Shown piece after piece: positions 52,801-60,131 of a DNA stretch of 64,000 nucleotides. This DNA comes from an uncultured Spirochaetota bacterium. GTDB taxonomy: Bacteria > Spirochaetota > Brevinematia > Brevinematales > JAOACQ01. The stretch covers positions 704,001 through 768,000 of the forward strand of contig CAWIGG010000002.1 of NCBI GenBank assembly GCA_963835575.1, in the 5' to 3' direction. The position numbers and the translations under genes are program-made. Each line of letters starts with the position of its first letter. Position 1 is the stretch's first letter. Under the pieces are notes generated by a model. That model searched no databases, was not told the DNA's origin, and saw only the letters and a program-made list of their open reading frames with translations.

Positions 52801-55296
52801 TATTCCGCGTACCTGATTATGACAAATATTCTGGATACTATCATAGACATCCGCCAGCCTTCCATGGGAGGCACAAACTATTTTAAGGAAGCGATACCTG
52901 TTTATTCGGAATTCCAGAATGAAGACCGCTCTATAAAGACCCTGGATTATTACGGTTATTTATCGAATGACGCGCTGATGGTCCCGACAAACTGGACGCT
53001 TGTTTCTGAGGATGAAAATTATAATAATGATAATAAGCTTTCTGAATATATCTGGAAACAGGAAGGCAATAATCAATACCCTGTTCTGGGCGACGGGAAA
53101 TATGCCGTTCGCGTCGGCTATTCTGATGTTAAGGGTAATATCCGCACCGATGCCAGGTTTGTGAATGTGGATAATACGCCGCCCGCTGCCGAATGCCTTG
53201 TTGACGGTATAAAGCCGGCATCGAATTTTGTTCAGGCGGTCAATTCCTGCATTTTCAGCATTAATGCTTCTGATCCTGTGTCCAATGGGGTCTCTTCCGG
53301 CGTCAGGAGGATATGGTACGCTGTGGATCAACAATCCTATAATAAACAAATAGTGAATTTCCAGCCTGATAAAGATTTCATCAGCCGCTGTATCAGTAAT
53401 AACGGAAGCGGTGATGATTATCAGGTTTACACAGGCCCGATCAAACTGACAAAAGGTGTTTATACGATCGCATACTTCGGCGAGGACTGGGCGCAGAAAG
53501 CGGATATTATAGATGATATTGAAAATAATGGTATGAATAAAAATGAAGAAAACTGGGAAGGCAATTTGAGCGAAGCTCAATTTATTACAATCGAAGTCAG
53601 GGAAGACAGCACAGTACCTGTTGATGTGACGCCGCCTGTAATTACAATATCCGGCGTATCTAATTCGGCATATTATAATAAGCCGGTTAATATCACTGTG
53701 AGCGCTTCAGACGCCGCGCTCAGCGGAATAAAAGTAATACTTGACGGCAATGAACAGACTCATAACGCGTTTACCGTGAGCGGCGAGGGCAGTCATATCC
53801 TGAAAGCCTCTGCCTGGGATATGTCCGGCAATACAAACAGTATGGAGCTTTCTTTTGTGATAGATACGGTCTCTCCGCTGATCACTGTCAACGGCTTGAG
53901 CAATACAAACCTCATAGTTCCGGCGCAAATCTCATATACAGTCAGCGATGAGAATCTGGATTCTTATTCGGCGCGGCTGAATGGAACGCTTCTGACGACT
54001 AATTCGTTTGTTGTCTCCAATGCCGGTTCATACACACTGTCCATAACAGCGCTCGACAGGGCGGGGAATGTGTCCATATATGCAGGGACGTTCACAGCTT
54101 CCGAAATTGATATAACGCCGCCTGTTATTACGGTTACCGGGGTCGGGGAAGGAAGGTACACAAATATTAATCTTTATCTGACAATCACAGTGGAGGATAA
54201 AAATCTCCTGACAAACAAGACTGAAATATTGGCGGACGGGAAATATTATGCAATTACTAATGGAAAGGCTTATGTATCATTCAAATCCGAAGGGTCGCAT
54301 GTTCTTTCGATCTACGCGGAAGATAAATATCATAATGTCTCGGCTTACTATAAGGAAATCATCATCGATAGGAAGGCGCCCCTGATAGAAGTATTGAATG
54401 TTTTTGATCAGCACAGCTATCTGCGGGTGAAGCCGCTTGTCAGGATTACGGATGATTCCGGCAGTATTGTTAACTCGGACGAGTATCTGGTGAAGAATGG
54501 AAATGTCACGAATATCTATACTAATTCTATGATCACCAATACAGGCAGTTATTCGCTCTTTATTATGGCGATAGATGAGGCGGGTAATGCGGCTTATACC
54601 AATATCCGCTTTAATATAGTTAAAGATCCTGACAGCACGATTCTCCTCTATGCCGGGTTTGAGTACCGTGATTCTGCGACAGTATTCTATGGAACAGGCG
54701 GGAATACTATTGCCAATATGACTAACCGTCCTCAATATATCGACGGGTACTATGGCCAGGGCATCATTGCCCATAAAAAGGATTCTCCTGGAGTATCTTA
54801 CAGTATGAAAAGCAATGTTATATGGAACCCGGTTAAAGGCGCTGTCGAATTCGCCTTTAAAAAGTTCTGGTATGAATACTTCTATTGTCATTATGAAAAG
54901 ATGACGCTGTTTGAGGTTAAAGATGATAGTTCCCCTGTCTTCAGCATTTATGTAGACCGGACATACCGCATTATTGTGTCTGCCGGCGGGACAAATTGTG
55001 TTTTGGATGAGAACCGGGATAATGAAGGTGATGAACATGAGCATGATTGGGACAGATGGAGCAAAGTAAAAGTGGTCTATGACCTGAACCCGGCAGACGG
55101 TAAACCTGTGATCAAGCTATATATAGGTGATATTTTAAAAGGCAAATGGTTTATCACAGCACCGGTTATAAATGCGGCCGGAAAGAACTACCGGATTAAT
55201 TTCGGCTTCGGCGAAGGCGAAAAGTGTTATACAGACGAACACATGCACCTGGATGAGTTGAAGATTTTTGAGGATTTTATTGATTTAAAGGATTAA
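46846..55296 (+). CDS. In-frame chimera: truncated cellulose-synthase-like GT2 fused to a giant Ig-like / FlgD-repeat surface protein
   Basis: GT2 motifs DD, KAGNIN, DAD, QAPQ.F, TED up to about 47770; no QxxRW; then D.TPP / D.AGN Ig repeats, three W(D/N)G...PDG.Y motifs and a LamG-like C-terminus. Confidence 0.75.
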   Translation: MPNTLIIVKTAVLGCAVLVLIMLYRLSRRPGGPFRKTLIVLSLFFSSAYILWRIFYTSPYRTPEDNPVFLIFFIILLLMEFLDFLNAVVLKMISWNPYVPPKIPDNDEGTVQSVDVLVLTFHEDIGLLEKTAAACLRLKYAGDFLRIHICDDAARPEVEELSRRLNINYIKRDRPDNAKAGNINNALGQTSGALVLVLDADMIVRQDFLEKTVPYFLRPETGFVQAPQTFYNPDPFQHNLRLDRRVPNEQDLFMRHIEPCRASANAVLHVGTNAVFRRSALEKAGGVPYGSVTEDLALGLLVESLGYEGFTIGTGKDCIKVVSIETNALSNLTGFTVSNAADEPFNTGAIRVDNHGLSYSMAQTGVKENIFNNYSYPSGYDPGLVRISDWDIGLFTYTNGGLTNAASGLFAADIFNSFNHGLTPEEQNGSFTVLADNPSQFVYRTFEQGMPSTNGDIFTNVWDGVNENTGMVMPDGVYYSKVYSFDAASNQSARTIPFEIDNTPPSLAVTYPVTDQTVGGMIDITGSIIDKRLAYYTAVISNNGVGYDVSSGTGVVSNGVIGSFDTLGLVNNIESRLYITAVDGVSNSASICVPFIITNSEDVVFRIVKVENSVLNSKGRLRITYYYKDVTVSIQDAGMPVFQTNYTTEGTDVFEFTPAGKTDGNYTLAFQALVNIPGRNPVVRNVSYEVDNTPPALAMTGLSGGGILRGVIGFDGSVIDKNLLSYSLILSNSTGDEESVIVSEGMTGISSGRIGVFDSAGINANSPFDGTNQYAVILRAYDSAGNTNEIVKTIYIDNAEPFADLTAGRKYRLSGLNGPAALTLTAQDVHLAGASLYTMDSGGIYHKTVDWSGIVSGVNTVTWNCSSLSGTVPAALYTYDLAGNTNTRTYTFTIDNKVPEIRNLTASQAMTRLILSADLWDNDLLARYEVGVQSGPEYRVYASEDMETNERSISVDEAFADFEASAATVFVKVWDFAGNETVTNFDITADSLPPVAGIETPSDNTVSGGVMHFKGTLLDNNMARAELLLDGTVIYSVLCGAFSNTIEYDLDTKGLPDGTHSLTLRGYDYAGNVGAAFVRFTSDNTPPLISLRALRNGSDASIGASAGALDFYLNYSDANPASYKLTFINGGIQETALEGTVESIYSGRFIGTLDTAVRNLNGIYQFMIEGVDLAGNRSTNYLTLDIDNSAPVLAWNSLDSGRAFDSPGFLPKVRGIVSAGFTLTDAHSVNYTASCGALTSTGTVNSGAVVWPLDTALMGEGLQSLEITAVDATGNRSSWTTNFIVDRTAPALSLTAGPEIYSPLVPDNKLNINVTANETVKLQSVEIDDETGLKGKLDITGVIPAGSSLFAWDGRTAGAALPDGNYRIKVTASDEAGNTSEACSGTIFYRNDNRPPLVTVLETNNVFSPALRPFRIRYEALNDSTDLSNIVISTLTVSSAGMDVFRIVATNQEGVIGLEWNGLNSTGRAPDGNYDAILNVADAAGNAVQVRFVITVDSVPPVLEQLTLSRVKISKNNPLKNQSEIHLAVSDKNLIESMMYSIDRYDMNILETTNEVGLSNYILDSVFKEEDNALYTISFSFIDSASNESKFTTNIEVDNNPPDFGLDMKGNYFTTNDGSELKIFVNTNVTVRPVIESADTAAMYWGLVPEGTAPVLAECTTNDVMKLEGKADGRYMFTRAAVDDVGNGLTNSLIFTVDGTSPFVSLNYPSNQIGIGLLTNGGKKYLSFSNEIIVQGSDSGSGLAGLWIRVENLSNGYFDEIPLEDPSNSLSFDSLGINEPGDYLITAVAFDHVTNIGVTWDYVSLPLPDRTPPVSALAISGSYNVINGDVYASSNTTFIITAADNPGLNDGCASGVNRTEISINGGDWQTYSVPVIFTMSGTYVMEYRSVDNAGNIEEAKTVRVIVQNSVTAVSGLRSLVLDRTNIIYQWNITNNIAPENFELTALGTNFTTTNSYFILTNIALALTNMPLFVEAKVRAVNQAGLYSAYLIMTNILDTIIDIRQPSMGGTNYFKEAIPVYSEFQNEDRSIKTLDYYGYLSNDALMVPTNWTLVSEDENYNNDNKLSEYIWKQEGNNQYPVLGDGKYAVRVGYSDVKGNIRTDARFVNVDNTPPAAECLVDGIKPASNFVQAVNSCIFSINASDPVSNGVSSGVRRIWYAVDQQSYNKQIVNFQPDKDFISRCISNNGSGDDYQVYTGPIKLTKGVYTIAYFGEDWAQKADIIDDIENNGMNKNEENWEGNLSEAQFITIEVREDSTVPVDVTPPVITISGVSNSAYYNKPVNITVSASDAALSGIKVILDGNEQTHNAFTVSGEGSHILKASAWDMSGNTNSMELSFVIDTVSPLITVNGLSNTNLIVPAQISYTVSDENLDSYSARLNGTLLTTNSFVVSNAGSYTLSITALDRAGNVSIYAGTFTASEIDITPPVITVTGVGEGRYTNINLYLTITVEDKNLLTNKTEILADGKYYAITNGKAYVSFKSEGSHVLSIYAEDKYHNVSAYYKEIIIDRKAPLIEVLNVFDQHSYLRVKPLVRITDDSGSIVNSDEYLVKNGNVTNIYTNSMITNTGSYSLFIMAIDEAGNAAYTNIRFNIVKDPDSTILLYAGFEYRDSATVFYGTGGNTIANMTNRPQYIDGYYGQGIIAHKKDSPGVSYSMKSNVIWNPVKGAVEFAFKKFWYEYFYCHYEKMTLFEVKDDSSPVFSIYVDRTYRIIVSAGGTNCVLDENRDNEGDEHEHDWDRWSKVKVVYDLNPADGKPVIKLYIGDILKGKWFITAPVINAAGKNYRINFGFGEGEKCYTDEHMHLDELKIFEDFIDLKD

Positions 55297-55299
55297 ATA

Positions 55300-55401
55300 A
55301 ACCACGAAGACACGAAGAGCACGAAGGACCACAAAGGAAAAAGGGTATTAAGAATAATACCAATGTTAGTGAATCTTGGTGTTCTTTGTGTCTTAGTGGT
55401 T
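55300..55401. repeat. Empty (102-bp) CACNAAG-type inverted-repeat element
   Basis: AACCACGAAG ACACGAAG AGCACGAAG GACCACAAAG ... GTTAGTGAAT CTTGGTGTT CTTTGTGT CTTAGTGGTT. Confidence 0.8.
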
Positions 55402-55461
55402 AAAAATAAGAATTTATTAAACCAAAAATCTTACTTTATTGAATGATAATAGGAGAATTTT

Positions 55462-56106
55462 ATGAAATTTGTTTTATTAATCGTTTTCATACCCGCCCTG
55501 CTGTTTTCGACAACCATACAGGAAATATATCAGCAGCTTGACGTCTATCAGAAAAGGATCCAGTCGCTTCAGGCGGAATTTTTGATCGAAATCCATGGAA
55601 CAAAGCGGACGGCCTCTGTCCAGAAAGGAGTTTTTACCTATCTGGATTATTACGGAACGATGCTCCAGTATAACGAACCGGTCAAAATGACTATTGAGCT
55701 CAGGAATAACGGTGATATCGTATTTAACGGAAAAAAACAACAGACAATGACCAATTCTTATCAGATGGGGGACATCTATTTCCTCTATTATTTAAATAAT
55801 TACAGCCTGAAGATAGACAAGGAAGATACGGGCATTGTTTATATTTCAGGTTATGAAAAAAGCGATGTTAAAAAAGTAAATGTGAAAAGAATTCTGAAAT
55901 TGAGGTTTGATAAAGGCCTGCATGTTATTGATAAAATTCAGTATATAGGCAATGAAAACGATTTCCCGTATGAAATATTGGCCGGATATTTAGTGATTCA
56001 GGGAATTCCAGTTATGCAGAGGCTTGACATGAATATTTCAGCCTATTCGGTCAGCGTAAATTCCGTGTTCCGGCTGTCCAATATAAATTTGATAATGAAG
56101 CAATAA
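55462..56106 (+). CDS. Exported LolA-like protein
   Basis: Signal peptide; 'IQSLQAEF...QKGVFTY...LQYNEP'. Confidence 0.6.
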   Translation: MKFVLLIVFIPALLFSTTIQEIYQQLDVYQKRIQSLQAEFLIEIHGTKRTASVQKGVFTYLDYYGTMLQYNEPVKMTIELRNNGDIVFNGKKQQTMTNSYQMGDIYFLYYLNNYSLKIDKEDTGIVYISGYEKSDVKKVNVKRILKLRFDKGLHVIDKIQYIGNENDFPYEILAGYLVIQGIPVMQRLDMNISAYSVSVNSVFRLSNINLIMKQ

Positions 56107-56245
56107 CAGCCGCAGCCTTTTCTTTAGCCATGCCGGAATAGGTTCCAGTCTGACAGCCGGCAGAATACCTATGACAGTCAGTATTATCAGCATTTTTAAT
56201 AAAAGTAAAAACCAGGAAGAGCTGTCCGGGAATTTTTAAACGCAC
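56105..56245 (-). pseudogene. Degenerate prepilin/pseudopilin N-terminal fragment
   Basis: Minus strand reads LPGF/T/LLKMLIILTVIGILPAVRL/GTYSGM with frameshifts, matching LPAYTLLEMLIVLTIIGILLTVGLATYS at 63790. Confidence 0.5.
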
Positions 56246-56452
56246 AAGAATACTCCCATATTTGATTATAAATTATTGCATTAGAATAAAAAAAGAAAAA
56301 TATTATGACTGGTTTAAAAGAAAAGTTGATTATTTATTCAAAACTCAGTATAATTATTTCTCTTTAAAAGAGTTAGAATAAATTTAAAGCCGGGAATATC
56401 TCTGTTAAATTACAAAACGGCTGTGTATTTATATCTTATGAACGAGTGTTTT

Positions 56453-56947
56453 ATGAAGAAATCATCCTGCATACCGGCATCATTATACCTTTTACTGTTT
56501 TTTGCTCTCCTATCGTTCCAATGCTCAAAATCCGGGAATGGAAGCAGCCAATCCTCATACCAGACAAACGCTGTCCTGCCGAGTATTACAAACAATAATA
56601 TGAAAGTATTTAAACATGTACAGATATTGAAAAAAAAACTGGTGAGAAAGAAGGAAAATGAACCTTTTATAAAGAAAAGCGATAAAAAAATCATGGGCCC
56701 TTCTGTTGAAGGAAAAAAACCAGTCTATGTTTCAGCGTCAAATGACAGCAGTTTATCCGTTATAAAGGATGGTGTACAGCAAACCAATCAAATAAATAAT
56801 GACGGGGAATATTTCATCAAGTTCTATCAGAAAAGCAGGACTAATGTCTGGATTAAGAAGGATTTGTCCAATAAAACCACCGATGAAAAAGAGGAAGGCC
56901 TTGTCGGAGAAGAAGGCAATGTTCTTTATCAAAAGGTCACCCAATAG
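56453..56947 (+). CDS. Putative lipoprotein
   Basis: MKK start, hydrophobic stretch, LSFQC lipobox-like motif. Confidence 0.65.
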   Translation: MKKSSCIPASLYLLLFFALLSFQCSKSGNGSSQSSYQTNAVLPSITNNNMKVFKHVQILKKKLVRKKENEPFIKKSDKKIMGPSVEGKKPVYVSASNDSSLSVIKDGVQQTNQINNDGEYFIKFYQKSRTNVWIKKDLSNKTTDEKEEGLVGEEGNVLYQKVTQ

Positions 56948-56969
56948 GTGCGGCAGAGGAGGAAAGAAA

Positions 56970-58337
56970 ATGAAAACCAGAGTAATTGTTATTTGTATGC
57001 TTTTTATCTGTTTTGTGATTAAAGGAAGTATTGCGCAGGAAACAACCATGGACTCGGAAGGAAGCACCATCATCCAGCTGAAGGACAACCTGGTTGAAAA
57101 CCTGAGCGGCGACTTTACAGCGACCTTTCAAAATACCCCTGTAAAAGACGTGTTCAGGATATTCGCCCTGCAGAGCGGATTGAATATCATGGTGAGCCCT
57201 AACATAAAGAATAATGTCACGGCCAATTTTACAAAGGTATCGATAAAGGACGCTTTTCTGGCAATCCTCTCGGCAAACAGCATTTATTATCTTGTGCAGG
57301 GAGCAATAGTCAAAATTATGACTCTCCATGAATATAAAAATGAACTGCTCAGGAATTATGTCACAACAAAAGTATATGACGCATCTATTATCGATATAAA
57401 AAATCTGCCTGTGATCCTGAAGCCGCTTCTTTCGCCCGGCGTCGGCAATTTTGCCATAGACACGCAGTCTTCGAAAATCATTATAACGGACATCAAGGAC
57501 AATTTTGACCGGCTTGATAAGCTCTTTAAAGAACTGGCCAGCCTTCCTAAATTGGTAGAAATAGAGACAAAGATTGTCGAGATCGATTTCAGCGATGCAA
57601 ATCAGGTTGGAATAAATTGGTCGGCCCTGAATATTCAGGGAATGGGCAACATTTCCCTGACGACTATGGTTTCGAACGGGATCAATTCCGCTTCGGCCCT
57701 TAATGTCAGCGCTCATTACATGGATCCGCTGGGAATGACGGCCGATGCTCTTCTTTCATTAATAGGGCAGGACCATAAAACCAGATTGATATCCCAGCCG
57801 CGCATACTGGCCATAAACCGGGAGGAAGCGGTAATTCACATCGGCGGTAAAACGCCTTATATCAGCAGTGTCATACGGTCCCAGACAACCTCGGATGTCA
57901 CTTCCCAGGTCGCTTTTATAGACATCGGCATCAAGATTACCGTTACTCCGATGATCACACCGGATGACGAGATCAAAATTGATTTGAAAGGCGAGGTCAC
58001 TTCGGCCGATTTGATCAATCTCTCAACTGATGTCAAGGCGCCCCAGATAACCACAACGGAAATCAGCTGTATGCCGATTGTCAAGGATAACCAGCCTATT
58101 ATTATCGGCGGGCTTCTCAAAACAACAGTTACAAGAGACCGTACCGGGGTGCCTATTTTAAAGGATATTCCCCTCATCAACCTGCTGTTTTCTTACACTG
58201 CAGATACAATTACCCGTTCCGAAATGGTGATATTTATAACCCCTCGTCTGATAAAAGACGGGAAAAGTAATATTACCTTTAAAGCGGTATCGGACAATGT
58301 CCTGAATGAAGTAGGCATGACCAATACTAATAAATGA
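56970..58337 (+). CDS. Secretin (GspD/PilQ family)
   Basis: GGAGG RBS; N0/N3 domains, VEIETKIVE, IIIGGL, VPILKDIPLINLLF, IFITPRLI. Confidence 0.9.
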   Translation: MKTRVIVICMLFICFVIKGSIAQETTMDSEGSTIIQLKDNLVENLSGDFTATFQNTPVKDVFRIFALQSGLNIMVSPNIKNNVTANFTKVSIKDAFLAILSANSIYYLVQGAIVKIMTLHEYKNELLRNYVTTKVYDASIIDIKNLPVILKPLLSPGVGNFAIDTQSSKIIITDIKDNFDRLDKLFKELASLPKLVEIETKIVEIDFSDANQVGINWSALNIQGMGNISLTTMVSNGINSASALNVSAHYMDPLGMTADALLSLIGQDHKTRLISQPRILAINREEAVIHIGGKTPYISSVIRSQTTSDVTSQVAFIDIGIKITVTPMITPDDEIKIDLKGEVTSADLINLSTDVKAPQITTTEISCMPIVKDNQPIIIGGLLKTTVTRDRTGVPILKDIPLINLLFSYTADTITRSEMVIFITPRLIKDGKSNITFKAVSDNVLNEVGMTNTNK

Positions 58338-58466
58338 ATTGGGGACAGTCATGAAAAAGATAAAACTCAGCGATTCTGCCGGCACCGCGGAGTCCCGTTT
58401 CTTATGCCAGTGCAATGAGCGGATAAGGGCTGACGCGTTTCCCGCCGGTGCATTGAGGAGTTTTTT

Positions 58467-60113
58467 ATGAGCAAATACCTGGGCATTTTATTATTGGAAA
58501 ACAATATCATCAGCCAGAGGGAACTGGAAGAAGTCCTGAAAATACAGGAAAATTCCGGTAAAAAACTGGGAAGAATACTCTGTGAAAAAGGTTTTATCGA
58601 TGAGCCGACCCTTTATACCTATCTGGAAAAACAGATGGGCGTGAATTTTCAGTCTGAAATCCCGGAAAGGCCTGAAGATAAGGATTTTAAACAGCTTTCA
58701 TATGAATACTGTAGGGAAAGATTGATAGCCCCGAAAGTAATAGATCAGTCAAAAATCAAGATATATATTAACGATCCCGCCAATACCGCGCTTAATAATG
58801 AGCTTTCCTTTATTACCGGGAAAACGGTCCATCCGGAATATGCGACAGAAAGCGCAATACTGAATTACCTTAATCAATATGAGTCCGGAAAAACACAAAA
58901 AACTCCCAGGAAAACGAAAGAGTCCTCGGAGATCCTGGCTCCCGCGATTCAATATGTTGATAAAGTGCTGGAAAAAGCGATAGAGGGGAACGCCTCGGAC
59001 ATCCATTTTGAGTTGTACAAGGAAAAAAGCTTTTTAAAATACAGGCTTAATGGAGTGCTGACTTTAATCGAAGAAATTGATCCTTCCTTATATTCATCTT
59101 TCCTGTCCCGTATCAAGGTTTTATCCGATCTGGATATTTCCGAAAAAAGACTGCCCCAGGACGGCAAGTTCGCTTTTTCATACAATGACCGTCTGGTTGA
59201 CATCAGGGTTTCGGTAATACCGGTAATTTATGGAGAGAACGCGGTTCTCAGGATCCTGGACAAGGAAAAATCGGTGCTTCAGCTGGAGCAGATAGGCCTG
59301 CCTGACGACAAGGTGGAATTGCTGAAAAAAGAGGCCAGGAAGCCGTTCGGAATGATATTGTTTACCGGACCCACCGGGAGCGGGAAAACTACGTCGCTTT
59401 ATGCCATTCTTCAGTATTTGAAACAGTTCGGCCAGAAAATCATTACCATAGAAGATCCTGTTGAGTATCAGATTGACGGGGTCTCGCAGGTCCAGGCCCA
59501 TACTGAAATCGGCCTTGATTTTGCGCGCGGGCTCCGCTCGTTTTTAAGGCATGATCCGGATATAATCATGGTCGGAGAAATTAGGGATAAAGAGACGGCG
59601 GAAGTCGCGATCCGTGCGGCATTGACCGGACATATGGTGTTATCGACAGTTCATACAAACAACACAGCCAGCGCTGTGGCCCGTTTTCTTGAAATGGGCA
59701 TTCCATCGTATTTAATCAGCTCGACCATCAATCTGGTGATCGCGCAAAGGCTGGTCAGGGAGATATGTCCCTCCTGCAAAATAGAAAAAAAACTGGAAAA
59801 GGAAGAACTTCATGCCTATCATATTGAAAACAGGTTTAAGGAAGGGGAGAAGGTTTATTTTGGGAAAGGATGCAAAAATTGCCGAAAGACCGGTTATATC
59901 GGCCGGAGGGCTGTTTTCGAGATCATGAAAATGACGAAAACCATTAAAAATGCCGTTTTGAGCAATGCCAGTTCGCTTGAAATCGGACGGCTGACTGAAG
60001 AGGAAGATATGATCACCCTGAAAGAATTCACTATAAATCTTGTCAAAGCCGGAATAACAACCCTGGAAGAACTGGATAGGGTTGTTGATGTCGTGGAAGA
60101 AAACGATTTGTGA
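58467..60113 (+). CDS. T2SS/T4P assembly ATPase (GspE/PilB)
   Basis: MshEN-like N-terminus (LGILL/LGRIL), RLPQDG, GPTGSGKTT, EDPVEY, GEIRD, TGH, tetracysteine. Confidence 0.95.
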   Translation: MSKYLGILLLENNIISQRELEEVLKIQENSGKKLGRILCEKGFIDEPTLYTYLEKQMGVNFQSEIPERPEDKDFKQLSYEYCRERLIAPKVIDQSKIKIYINDPANTALNNELSFITGKTVHPEYATESAILNYLNQYESGKTQKTPRKTKESSEILAPAIQYVDKVLEKAIEGNASDIHFELYKEKSFLKYRLNGVLTLIEEIDPSLYSSFLSRIKVLSDLDISEKRLPQDGKFAFSYNDRLVDIRVSVIPVIYGENAVLRILDKEKSVLQLEQIGLPDDKVELLKKEARKPFGMILFTGPTGSGKTTSLYAILQYLKQFGQKIITIEDPVEYQIDGVSQVQAHTEIGLDFARGLRSFLRHDPDIIMVGEIRDKETAEVAIRAALTGHMVLSTVHTNNTASAVARFLEMGIPSYLISSTINLVIAQRLVREICPSCKIEKKLEKEELHAYHIENRFKEGEKVYFGKGCKNCRKTGYIGRRAVFEIMKMTKTIKNAVLSNASSLEIGRLTEEEDMITLKEFTINLVKAGITTLEELDRVVDVVEENDL

Positions 60114-60131
60114 TCTGAGAAGTTATCGTCC

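Noticed and set aside
28421..55401. CRISPR array interpretation of the intergenic repeats
   Set aside because: Units are 8-10 bp, tandem and in inverted arms, with no regular unique spacers and no cas genes
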